This document shows, in pieces, positions 53,486 to 62,489 of a DNA stretch of 64,000 bases (position 1 is its first letter; each line of letters starts with the position of its first letter). The notes beneath the pieces were generated by a model, which searched no databases, was not told where the DNA came from, and saw only the letters and a program-made list of their open reading frames with translations. Source of the stretch: Terracidiphilus sp. (lineage in GTDB: Bacteria > Acidobacteriota > Terriglobia > Terriglobales > Acidobacteriaceae). The translations under genes were made by a program, and so were the position numbers. Location: positions 5,608 to 69,607 of the forward strand of contig DATAVC010000020.1 of the NCBI GenBank assembly GCA_036267935.1. The letters are read 5' to 3'.

Positions 53486-54397
53486 ATGCAGATTCCAGGT
53501 TTACGTCGAAGCACAGCTCTTGCCGGATTGGCCCTCGGCACACTCTTGTCGCTGGCGCCGGTTCAAAGCTACGCCGTCTCCAAAGAGACCATTCAGATGC
53601 AGACCCAGATTCAGCAGCTGCTCGACATGGTGCAGCGTCTGCAGACCACGATGGATACGAAGTTTGCGGTGCTTCAGAACCTGGCCCAGCAGACCGCGGA
53701 CCAGGCCACGCAGATGAATGGTACGGTGACGACTCTGCAGCAGAAGTTGAACACGCAGATGGAGAACCTGAATGGGAAGCTCGACACGAGCTCCGGCCAG
53801 GTTCAATCGCTGAACGACTCCGTCGACGAGTTGAAGACCAGGATTGCGGCGCTGCAGAAGTCGCTGCAGGACATGCAGACGCAGCTGCAGAACGTACAGC
53901 AGCCACAGACCGGCACGCCCGGCATGCCGCCCACCGGATCGGCTCCTGCGCCGAATGGTCCTGGAGCGATGAATTCTGCGCCGGCGGTGAACCAGGCGCC
54001 GCCTCTTGACCAGACCTACCAGGCAGCAGTGAGCGACTTCAATTCGGCCAAATATCCGCTGGCCACCAGCGAATTTCAAGATGTAGTGCACTACTATCCG
54101 CTGGATCCGACGGCGGGCAATGCGCAGTTTTACCTGGGCGAGATCGCTTATCGCCAGCACAACTACGATGATGCCGTGAAGGCCTACAACATGGTGCTCG
54201 AGCAATACAGCGGCAGCTCAAAAGCCTCGACTGCCCAGTTGCACAAGGGCCTGGCCCTGATCTCCCTCAGCAAGCGCGATGCGGGAGTCCACGAACTGCG
54301 GACCCTGATTCAACGGCACCCCCAGACTCCGGAAGCACAGCAAGCGAGGGCGAAGTTGAACGCCATGGGCGTGCGGATCTCCTCCACCCAGCGCTAG
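53486..54397 (+). CDS. cpoB: Tol-Pal-associated cell-division coordinator CpoB/YbgF (coiled coil + TPR)
   Basis: Signal peptide, a Gln-rich coiled coil, and a C-terminal TPR 'YQAAVSDFNSAKYPLA...AQFYLGEIAYRQHNYDDAVKAYNMVLEQY'. Position is after pal. Confidence 0.8.
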   Translation: MQIPGLRRSTALAGLALGTLLSLAPVQSYAVSKETIQMQTQIQQLLDMVQRLQTTMDTKFAVLQNLAQQTADQATQMNGTVTTLQQKLNTQMENLNGKLDTSSGQVQSLNDSVDELKTRIAALQKSLQDMQTQLQNVQQPQTGTPGMPPTGSAPAPNGPGAMNSAPAVNQAPPLDQTYQAAVSDFNSAKYPLATSEFQDVVHYYPLDPTAGNAQFYLGEIAYRQHNYDDAVKAYNMVLEQYSGSSKASTAQLHKGLALISLSKRDAGVHELRTLIQRHPQTPEAQQARAKLNAMGVRISSTQR

Positions 54398-54426
54398 GCT
54401 CTTTCCCCTCTCCCACAGGCAACTTC

Positions 54427-54456
54427 CCCGCCCCGCCTTTCGCGGGGATTTTTATT
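54427..54456 (+). terminator. rho-independent terminator after cpoB
   Basis: CCCCGC-ctttc-GCGGGG followed by ATTTTTATT. Confidence 0.75.
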
Positions 54457-54525
54457 GCGCGAAAATCGGGCACAGCTATGGTATGTCTGGAGGCCTGAGA
54501 CATTCCTGATCTGGAGGAAACCGAA

Positions 54526-55464
54526 GTGGCGATCGGAACGAGAACAGCACGCAGTCGCAAAAGCTTTGGAGGGGTTCAACGACTTCTACCGGTTGCCCTC
54601 TGCGTCGTGGTGCTCGGCTTGTGTTCTTTCGCGGCGCGGGCGCAGGACGGAAGCACCGAGGTTGTTCCAGGGATGGAAGACTCGTGCATCGAGAACCTCG
54701 GCTACCTGGCTTGCGAAAATGGCATGCCGAAGGCTCCGGGCGCGCAGCGCATGATCGTGGTCCATTATGCAGCGGTGGCGATCTCGCCGACGACCATGAC
54801 TGCGGGCGGCTCGCATGGGCAAAACTCTCAAGACAGCGCGGAGCAGACGGCTCTGCAGAATTGCCGCAGAAATCGGGCGACCGATTGCAAGGTACTGACG
54901 TGGGCCGAGAACGCCTGCATCGGGCTGGCGGAGAGTGTCGCCGACAAGGCGTATGGCTTCTACGTGGGAGACAGCCGCGATGAGTCTGCCGCTGGATCGC
55001 TGGCACGATGCCAGTCTGGCCACGGCAAGAGTTGCGTGACGGTCACCGCGCCGTGCGCCTCGGATGATATTCGCTGGTCGGCGCCTTTGCCCTTGCCGCC
55101 GGGAGGATCCGCGGCAACGGTCGATCCAGCCATGGTGGGGACGTGGGAACTCTTCATCAATCCCGGCCGCTGGGTCTGGCGTATTGCGCCGAACGGCACC
55201 TATGAGGTGCACAGCGAAGCCATGGACAATACGCCGTCGAATGCAGGGACCTTCTCGGCGAGCAACGGGCACTATACTCTGCACGCGATCACGATGCCCT
55301 GGGATGACGTGGGCACCTACAAGGTGCAGAGCCCTGGAGTCGTTGTGGCCACCGGCAAGCTGGGGACGGGGACGTGGCGAAAGATCGGCGGAGCGAGTTC
55401 CAATCTAACCAAGGCGCCTGGGCCGCAGAGACCGAGCGGCCCTCCCATCACCATCAGAAAATGA
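54526..55464 (+). CDS. secreted DUF4189-like protein with a C-terminal extension
   Basis: GTG start. Signal peptide 'LLPVALCVVVLGLCSFAARAQ'. 'HYAAVAISP...GGSHGQNSQDSAEQTALQNC...CKVLTWAENACIGLA' and a second 'A..SLARCQSGHGKSCVTV' fit the DUF4189 Cys pattern as I recall it. Confidence 0.55.
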   Translation: MAIGTRTARSRKSFGGVQRLLPVALCVVVLGLCSFAARAQDGSTEVVPGMEDSCIENLGYLACENGMPKAPGAQRMIVVHYAAVAISPTTMTAGGSHGQNSQDSAEQTALQNCRRNRATDCKVLTWAENACIGLAESVADKAYGFYVGDSRDESAAGSLARCQSGHGKSCVTVTAPCASDDIRWSAPLPLPPGGSAATVDPAMVGTWELFINPGRWVWRIAPNGTYEVHSEAMDNTPSNAGTFSASNGHYTLHAITMPWDDVGTYKVQSPGVVVATGKLGTGTWRKIGGASSNLTKAPGPQRPSGPPITIRK

Positions 55465-55527
55465 GAGCGCTCCCGCGAGAAGGCGGCTCAGGTGCGCTCT
55501 GAGAGAATCGAAGCTGGGGATGCGTGC

Positions 55528-56811
55528 ATGAAATCGCTCTTTTTCTTCGGTCAGAACGGCATCGAGGTCGACGTTCCAGACGGCTACAACTGCCACGAGG
55601 TGCGCAGCCGCAAGACCGCCGCGGTAGAAGACGAGACGAAGGCTGTGGGAGATGCGCTCGACGATCCAATTGCGTGCGGACCCCTGTTGGAACTTGCGCG
55701 CGGCAAACGATCGGCTGCAATCTCGGTTTGTGACGTCACCAGGCCGGCACCGAACTCGATCACGCTGCCACCGCTGCTTGCACGCCTGGAATCGGCAGGG
55801 ATCGCCCGCGCGAACATTCGCATCCTGATTGCGACGGGCCTGCATCGTGCCGCAACGAAAGATGAGATCGATCGCATTGTCGGGACAGAAATCGCAGCAA
55901 ACTACGCGGTCCTGAACCACGACGCGCGGGACTTCGATGCCCATCGGTCTCTGGGCAAGACGCGGCGCGGCACGCCGGTGTATGTGGACGAGCGGTTCAT
56001 GAGCGCCGACCTGCACATCACCCTGGGCTTTATCGAGCAGCATTTGATGCTCGGGTTTTCGGGTGGCCGCAAGCTGATTGTTCCGGGGCTGGCCGCGCAG
56101 GAGACGATCAAAGTCATTCATTCGCCGAAGTTCATTCGCGAGCCGCTGGCCACGGAGGGCTCCATCGAGGGCAACCCGCTGCATGACGAGCTTCTGGAAT
56201 GCGCGCGTATGGCGCGGCACGACTTTATTGTGGATGTCGCGCTGACGCAGGAGCGCAAAATCGCCGGCGTGTTTGCGGGCGATCCGGTGAAGGCGCACGC
56301 GGCAGGAGTGGATTTTGTGAGGCGGTCGTGCCTGGAAGAGATCGACGAGCCGGCAGACGTGGTGATCACGAGTGCGGCGGGATTTCCGCTTGATCTGACG
56401 TTCTACCAGGCCGTGAAAGGAATCACCGCAGCCACCCATCTCGCGAAGCCCGGCGGAAGGATCCTGCTGGTGTCTGCATGCGCGGAGGGCATGGGCTCGC
56501 CCGAATTTGCGGGCATGATCCGCAGCATGGGCGGCTTTGCCGATTATCTTCGCGCGGTGCGCGATCTGCCGGTCGATGTGGATCGCTGGCAGGCCGAAAA
56601 GCTGGCGCTGGCAGGCGCGGAGCATGAGCTTTATTTCTACGCGCCGGGTGTCTCCCGGGATGCGCTTGGACAGCTCGGTGCGAGGGCGTTCGACGGTTTA
56701 GACGAAGCGGTTTCTGCGGCTTTGAAGGGTCTGCCGGCAGGAGCGCGGGTTGTGCTGGTGCCCGAGGGACCGTACACCTTCGCGCGCGCTGCCGCAACGG
56801 CGACGGCGTAG
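55528..56811 (+). CDS. LarA-like (nickel-dependent lactate racemase family, DUF2088) protein
   Basis: 'SAAISVCDVTRPAPN', 'IRILIATGLHR' and 'FMSADLHITLGFIEQHLMLGFSGGRKLI' match the LarA N-terminal domain pattern. Confidence 0.75.
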   Translation: MKSLFFFGQNGIEVDVPDGYNCHEVRSRKTAAVEDETKAVGDALDDPIACGPLLELARGKRSAAISVCDVTRPAPNSITLPPLLARLESAGIARANIRILIATGLHRAATKDEIDRIVGTEIAANYAVLNHDARDFDAHRSLGKTRRGTPVYVDERFMSADLHITLGFIEQHLMLGFSGGRKLIVPGLAAQETIKVIHSPKFIREPLATEGSIEGNPLHDELLECARMARHDFIVDVALTQERKIAGVFAGDPVKAHAAGVDFVRRSCLEEIDEPADVVITSAAGFPLDLTFYQAVKGITAATHLAKPGGRILLVSACAEGMGSPEFAGMIRSMGGFADYLRAVRDLPVDVDRWQAEKLALAGAEHELYFYAPGVSRDALGQLGARAFDGLDEAVSAALKGLPAGARVVLVPEGPYTFARAAATATA

Positions 56812-56840
56812 CTTCAGAATTGATCTGCGAGAAGAAAAGA

Positions 56841-56868
56841 AAAGGCCCCGCATGGCGCGGGACCTTTC
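56841..56868 (-). terminator. hairpin terminator between convergent larA-like and korB (strong U-tract on minus strand)
   Basis: Minus strand: AAAGGTCCCGC-gccat-GCGGGGCCTTT, followed by TCTTTTCTTCT. There is one mismatch in the stem. Confidence 0.65.
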
Positions 56869-56887
56869 GATTGCTGAGACTTGGTCG

Positions 56888-57931
56888 CTACTGCAGGTTC
56901 GCCATCAATGCATCGAGCGCTGCCTTGGGCGGACGGGTGACCGATTGCGGCAGCGTGGCCAGCGGCTCGTCGACCATGCCGAGCAGGTCGATGAACGTGG
57001 GCTTCTCAGTGTTGATGTAGAGGACGCCGGTGAGCACTTCGTTCTTGGCTTCGGCTTCCATCAGCATGCGCACCGCGTTGGCCTTGTCGGTCGGGTCGTA
57101 ATCCTCATGCAGCTTACGCAGGCGCAGGCTTGAGCCGTCGTGCATCTCGACGTCGTACACTTCGCCCGACTGGTAGTCGACTTCGATTTCTTCGAAGCTG
57201 GCGACGAAACCCACATCGTTGATCGGCTCGTCGTTCTCCTGCATGAATTTGTAGCTCTTGGTTGAGCCTTCATGATCGTTGAAGGTCACGCAGGGGCTGA
57301 TGACATCGAGCATCACCGTGCCCTTGTGCGCAATCGCGGCCTTCAGCATGGCGAGCAACTGCTTCTTGTCGCCTGAGAAGGAGCGGCCCACGAAGGTTGC
57401 ACCGAGCTGGATTGCGAGCGCGCAGGTATCGATGGCGGGAAGGTCGTTGATGACGCCGGTCTTCAGCTTCGATCCGATGTCGGCTGTCGCCGAAAATTGA
57501 CCCTTCGTCAGACCGTAGACGCCGTTGTCTTCGATGATGTAGATCATCGGCAGATTGCGGCGCAGCAGGTGAATAAACTGGCCCACACCGATGGATGCCG
57601 TGTCGCCGTCGCCCGAGACGCCGAGCAGCATGTTCTGGCTGTTGGCAAGAATCGCGCCGGTCGAGACCGATGGCATACGACCATGCACACTGTTGAAGCT
57701 GTGCGCACGGCTCATGAAGTACGCGGGGCTTTTAGACGAGCAGCCGATGCCGCTCATCTTCATCACGTGCTCCGGCTCGACGCCCATTTCAAACATGGCA
57801 TCGATGATGCGTTCGGAGATGGCGTTGTGGCCGCAGCCGGCGCAGAGCGTCGACTTGCCGCCGCGGTAGTCCAGCACCGGAAGACCGATGTGATTGAGCT
57901 TGGGGCCTGGTGTAGAAGTTGAAGTTGCCAT
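56888..57931 (-). CDS. korB: 2-oxoacid:ferredoxin oxidoreductase, beta (TPP-binding) subunit
   Basis: 'LCAGCGHNAI', 'GIGCSS' and 'GDGDTASIG' (TPP motif). The start overlaps the korA stop by 1 nt (TAATG). Confidence 0.9.
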   Translation of the reverse strand: MATSTSTPGPKLNHIGLPVLDYRGGKSTLCAGCGHNAISERIIDAMFEMGVEPEHVMKMSGIGCSSKSPAYFMSRAHSFNSVHGRMPSVSTGAILANSQNMLLGVSGDGDTASIGVGQFIHLLRRNLPMIYIIEDNGVYGLTKGQFSATADIGSKLKTGVINDLPAIDTCALAIQLGATFVGRSFSGDKKQLLAMLKAAIAHKGTVMLDVISPCVTFNDHEGSTKSYKFMQENDEPINDVGFVASFEEIEVDYQSGEVYDVEMHDGSSLRLRKLHEDYDPTDKANAVRMLMEAEAKNEVLTGVLYINTEKPTFIDLLGMVDEPLATLPQSVTRPPKAALDALMANLQ

Positions 57932-59772
57932 TACAGGCCCTCCTTGGTTGCGAATTCGTCGGTGATGGAGCCCGCGTCGATGGGCAATCCGTTGTAGTGC
58001 AGAATGCTGCGCAGTTTGCTTACCTGGTCGCCTGGCAGATCGAGCTTGAGCAGGCTGGCCAATTGCGCGTCGCGATCCTGTTCGACCACGTACACGCGCT
58101 CATGCGAGGCTACGAAGTCGTGGATCTCGTGTGCGAAGGGATAGGCCCGGATGCGGAGATAATCCACGTCGAGCTTGTACTGCTTCTTGATCTGGTCCAT
58201 GCTTTCGCGCAGCGCGAAATCGGTGGTGCCATAGGCCAGGAAGCCAACCTTCGAGGTTCCGTTCTTGACGACGTGCGGTGCAGGAACGAGCTTGCGGGCG
58301 TTCTCGAACTTGCGCGAGAGGCGTTCCATCACCGCCAGGTATTCGTCTGGCTTCTCGGTGTAGGCGGCTGCATCGTTGTGCCCCGAACCACGCGTGAAGT
58401 ACGAAGCCTTGGGATGCCGGGTGCCGGGCAGCGTGCGGTAGCCGATGGCGTCGCCGTCGACGTCGCGGTAACGGGCAAAACTGCCGAGGCGCGTCAGGTC
58501 TTCGGCGGTGAGCACCTTGCCGCGATCAAGCGGCTTTTCGGGATACGCGAACGGCTCCGACATCCAGTTGTTCATGCCGAGATCGAGGTCGGTCAGGACA
58601 AAGATCGGCGTCTGGATTCGTTCGGCGAGATCGAATGCTTCCATTGAGAACTCGAAGCACTCTTTCACGGAACCCGGGAGCAGAATCACGTGCTTCGTAT
58701 CGCCGTGCGAGAGAAACGCGGTCGAGAGCAGGTCGGCCTGTGAGGTGCGCGTCGGCATGCCTGTCGAGGGACCGGTGCGCTGCACATCGAAGATGACGCC
58801 TGGAATCTCGGCGAAGTAGCCGAGGCCAGCGAACTCTGCCATCAGCGAAATGCCAGGGCCGGAGGTCGATGTCATGGAACGTGCGCCCGCCCAACCGGCG
58901 CCGAGCACCATGCCGATTGCAGCGAGCTCGTCTTCAGCCTGTACAACGGCGAAGGTGGCCTTGCCTTCTGGCGTGACGCGGAATTTCTTCAGCAGGTCGG
59001 CCGTGGCTTCGATCAGCGATGTGGACGGTGTGATGGGATACCACGCAACCACCGTGACACCCGCGAAGACCGCGCCCATGCCGCAGGCCGCGTTGCCATC
59101 GATGATGATCTTGCCCGCGGTCTCGTTCATCCGCTCGATGTAGTACGGATCCTTCTTGGTGAATTTCTGCTGCGCGTAGTCGTAGCCCGCCTTCACCGCG
59201 GCGAAGTTGAGATCGAACACCTTCTGCTTTTTGGCGAACTGCTTTTTCACGCTGGCTTCGATGACGGTTAGATCCATCGACAGCAGCTGGGCGACGACGC
59301 CCACGAAAATCATGTTCTTGACCAGCTTGCGCAGCTTGGCTTCGGGGCACACGGCCGCGGTCAGCTTGTCGAAAGGAACCGGATAGCAGGCGACGTCGCT
59401 GCGATATTGCTGCAGGTTGAAGTTCTCTTCGTAGATGGCAGCGCCGCCCGCGTCGAGCTCAAGAATGTCTTGCTTGGCGGTCTCAGGGTTGAGCGCCACG
59501 AGCACTTGCGAACCACGCCTGCGGGCAACATAGCCATCTTTGCTAGCGCGGATCGTGTACCAGGTGGGCAAACCGGCGATGTTCGACGGAAAGAGGTTTT
59601 TCCCGCTGACCGGGACCCCCATTCCAAAGATGCTTTTCAGCAGAACGCTATTGGCGGATTGCGAGCCGGAACCGTTCACCGTTGCTACGATCATGCTGAA
59701 ATCGTTGGTCACGCGCTTTTGCGCGTTCAAGGCACCCTGTTCTTGACCCAGGGCCAGGTCTCCTGTCGCCAT
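57931..59772 (-). CDS. korA: 2-oxoacid:ferredoxin oxidoreductase, alpha subunit
   Basis: From ATG 59772: 'NDFSMIVATVNGSGSQSAN', 'GNAACGMGAVFAGVTVVAWYPITPST' and 'MTSTSGPGISLM' are KorA/PFOR domain motifs. Confidence 0.9.
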   Translation of the reverse strand: MATGDLALGQEQGALNAQKRVTNDFSMIVATVNGSGSQSANSVLLKSIFGMGVPVSGKNLFPSNIAGLPTWYTIRASKDGYVARRRGSQVLVALNPETAKQDILELDAGGAAIYEENFNLQQYRSDVACYPVPFDKLTAAVCPEAKLRKLVKNMIFVGVVAQLLSMDLTVIEASVKKQFAKKQKVFDLNFAAVKAGYDYAQQKFTKKDPYYIERMNETAGKIIIDGNAACGMGAVFAGVTVVAWYPITPSTSLIEATADLLKKFRVTPEGKATFAVVQAEDELAAIGMVLGAGWAGARSMTSTSGPGISLMAEFAGLGYFAEIPGVIFDVQRTGPSTGMPTRTSQADLLSTAFLSHGDTKHVILLPGSVKECFEFSMEAFDLAERIQTPIFVLTDLDLGMNNWMSEPFAYPEKPLDRGKVLTAEDLTRLGSFARYRDVDGDAIGYRTLPGTRHPKASYFTRGSGHNDAAAYTEKPDEYLAVMERLSRKFENARKLVPAPHVVKNGTSKVGFLAYGTTDFALRESMDQIKKQYKLDVDYLRIRAYPFAHEIHDFVASHERVYVVEQDRDAQLASLLKLDLPGDQVSKLRSILHYNGLPIDAGSITDEFATKEGL

Positions 59773-60026
59773 TTGGCGGGATTCCCTTCGAATAAATTCT
59801 GTAAGAGCTAAACTGCACCCTCGCCTTGTGATTATAGTCACTTGGCTATTCGCTCGTACCGCGAAGGGACACGCGGTTTGTGCTCAAGGTAACCGAATGA
59901 ACACTGCGGGTTGGGCGCACTCGAAGGCCGCCGCACTTCGGCTGCAGCCTGTGGAAGAAGGGCACGCAATTCAGCCCGGGAAGCCCCGTGCCGATTCCGG
60001 CTCAAATGGCCGCAACTTCAATCGAT

Positions 60027-61379
60027 TCAGGCAGTCCGAAGGGCCCGGTTGGAGTCGGCCCGCCAGCGGACCAGGAGCGCGGTCGAGATGACAACCAGGG
60101 CCAGGGTGAGCCCGATCCAGGTGCCATAGATTCCCCAGTGGAGTACGAAGCACAACGTGAGACCGAGCGGCAGTCCCAATATCCAATAGCCGACAAAGTT
60201 GGCGATCATCGGTGCGCGGGTCTCTCCCAGGCCGCGCAGTGCGCCGGTGCACACGGTCTGGATTCCATCGAACACCTGAAAAGCTGCAGCCACCCAGAGC
60301 AGTGTGGGTGCGACCATCAGCACGCGTGGATCGTGCGTGTAGAGAAAGATCAGCGGCCGCGGCGCAACGAAAAAGACCACGCCCGCACAAATCATGAACG
60401 ACGTGCCGAGTCCGAGCGCGAGCCAACCCGCGCGTCGCGCGCGTGCCGGATCCCCTGCACCCACGGCATGTCCTACGCTGACCGCAGCGGCAGCCGATAC
60501 ACCGAGCGGAACCATGTAGCTGATGCTGGCGTAATTCAACGCGATGGCATGTGTGGCCAGTGCCACGGGATTGAGATAGCTCGCGGAAAAGGTGGAGAGA
60601 TTCCACGCGCCTACTTCAAGCAGAATCTGGCCGGCTGCCGGGGCACCGAGTTGGATCAGCGTACGGAGACGATCGCGCTGCGGACCGCCCCAGTGTTGAA
60701 AGAGTGGATGACCCCGGGAGCGCTCGTAGCGCCACGCGAAGCCAAGCAAGGCCGCGGCCATGGCCACGCGTGCAATGCAGGTGGAGATGGCCGAACCGTT
60801 GACGCCCAGCGCTGGAAATCCCAACTTACCGTAGATGAGAACCCAGTTGCCGCCCCAGTTCAAGAGATTGGCGAGCACGTACGTCACGGTGATGACGCGG
60901 ACTTGCCCGACTCCCTGCAGGTAGCGTCGAATGCCGCCGTAGAGCAGCAGGGGCAGCGTGCTCCAGCCGAGGATGAGCAGATAGCTGCTGGCGGGCGCGG
61001 CGACCGAAGGCGTGACACCGAAGCGGGGAAAGAAATAACTGATGGCCCACACCAGCAGCATGAGGGGCGGGGTGATGAAGCAGGCCAGGTAAACGCCCTG
61101 CGCCAACCAGCGATGACACTCGTCGTGATCGCGCCGGCCATAGGCCTGTGAGACGAGGGTGTCGAGGCCAAGCAGGAGGCCGATTCCGAAGAGGCACGGC
61201 GTGTAGTAGACGGCATTGCCCAGCGAAACGGCGCCGATGGCTTCTGGCCCGAGCCGGCCCACCATGATGTTGTCGACTACGCCCTGGGCCATCCAGCCCA
61301 GTTCACTCAAGACCACGGGCACTGCCAGCGTGATCATCGCGCGCAGTTCCCTGCTCCATTCGGCTTGTGATGATTTCAT
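60027..61379 (-). CDS. MATE-family efflux transporter
   Basis: From ATG 61379: 'LAVPVVLSELGWMAQGVVDNIMVGRLG' and 'SQAYGRRD'. About 12 TM segments with a duplicated half structure. Confidence 0.88.
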   Translation of the reverse strand: MKSSQAEWSRELRAMITLAVPVVLSELGWMAQGVVDNIMVGRLGPEAIGAVSLGNAVYYTPCLFGIGLLLGLDTLVSQAYGRRDHDECHRWLAQGVYLACFITPPLMLLVWAISYFFPRFGVTPSVAAPASSYLLILGWSTLPLLLYGGIRRYLQGVGQVRVITVTYVLANLLNWGGNWVLIYGKLGFPALGVNGSAISTCIARVAMAAALLGFAWRYERSRGHPLFQHWGGPQRDRLRTLIQLGAPAAGQILLEVGAWNLSTFSASYLNPVALATHAIALNYASISYMVPLGVSAAAAVSVGHAVGAGDPARARRAGWLALGLGTSFMICAGVVFFVAPRPLIFLYTHDPRVLMVAPTLLWVAAAFQVFDGIQTVCTGALRGLGETRAPMIANFVGYWILGLPLGLTLCFVLHWGIYGTWIGLTLALVVISTALLVRWRADSNRALRTA

Positions 61380-61479
61380 GGCTTTCACGATCGGGGCGAC
61401 CCACAGCAAAGGCGCGGCTCCCTCAGGGTTTTGGGGCGATGCAATGCGATTCCGGAAGAAGCGACAGGTCGAGTCCTGC

Positions 61480-62394
61480 TCAGAGACCGGACTTGACCGG
61501 CGCAGGATCATGGCACGTTGGACCGGCAGGCATGTTCTTCGCGTTGCGATCAGGTCGCGTCGTCGACAGGGCCGCGTGCGCGGTCTTCATCGCATGCAGC
61601 AGTTTCACCAAACGCGCAAAGCCCTGTTCGCGAGCCGTCTTGTTGGCGGGATTGGTATTCGTGGGATCCTCGCCGGCGCGCATAAAGCCGTGGCCTGCGC
61701 CATCGTACGTCACAGGCTCGTAGAACTTGCCTGCTGCCTTCATGGCATCTGTCGTTGCCGGAACGGTTGCGCCGATGCGTGCATCGCTGCCGGCGTAGAA
61801 GCCGTAGACCGGCGCTGTGATCGTGGAAACATCGGCGGGGCCCGGGCCGTAGAAGACGAAGGCCGCGGAGAGAACCTTGCTGTGCGCGGCGAATGCGAAC
61901 GACTTGCCTCCGCCCCAGCAGAAGCCTGCAACCGCGATCTTGCCGTTGCCTGCGGGAACATGCTTGGCCCAGTCCGCGGCTGCGTCCAGGTCCGCCAGAA
62001 CCACTGCGGGGTCGAGACCGGAAACGGCCTTGATGGTTGCGTCCTGGCTTGGAAATTCGCTGGAGCCGCCGCCGTTGGGACCAAAGCCCGAAAGCAGGTC
62101 GGGGGCGATGACGATGAAACCTTCAGCAGCCAATTCGTCGGCCATCTCTTTGGCCCAGTCGGAAAGGCCGAAGATCTCGTGAATCATGACGACGACCGGA
62201 GCCTTGTCTTTGACTTCGGGATAGACCACGAACGCCTGCAGGGTGCGCGTGTCGTGTTTCAGCGTGACGTACTCGTGGTGACGCGGCGAGGCATCGAGGC
62301 GCGCCTTGGCCCAGTCTTGTGCGTCGCTCCATGGGGTCGCAAAAAGAACGAGAGCAGCAGCGAGAATGGCGGGGAAAAAGCGCAATTTCGTCAT
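61480..62394 (-). CDS. secreted dienelactone hydrolase-family protein
   Basis: Signal peptide 'FFPAILAAALVLFATPWSDAQ'. 'VVVMIHEIFGLSDW', nucleophile 'GFCWGG' and 'GAGHGF' are DLH motifs. Confidence 0.85.
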   Translation of the reverse strand: MTKLRFFPAILAAALVLFATPWSDAQDWAKARLDASPRHHEYVTLKHDTRTLQAFVVYPEVKDKAPVVVMIHEIFGLSDWAKEMADELAAEGFIVIAPDLLSGFGPNGGGSSEFPSQDATIKAVSGLDPAVVLADLDAAADWAKHVPAGNGKIAVAGFCWGGGKSFAFAAHSKVLSAAFVFYGPGPADVSTITAPVYGFYAGSDARIGATVPATTDAMKAAGKFYEPVTYDGAGHGFMRAGEDPTNTNPANKTAREQGFARLVKLLHAMKTAHAALSTTRPDRNAKNMPAGPTCHDPAPVKSGL

Positions 62395-62489
62395 GGGCAG
62401 GAGTCTAGCTGTTGAGTGATGACGACGACAAGTGGCAGCTGTGAATCCCCATCAAGACTGCGGGCGGCTTTGATCCGAAACGGTGCTCG

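Noticed and set aside
59831-59836. Perfect TATAAT hexamer (minus strand) 59 nt upstream of korA.
   Set aside because: It is a plausible -10 element, but I found no acceptable -35 or extended -10 (TG is displaced by one base). A single hexamer is not enough to call a promoter.
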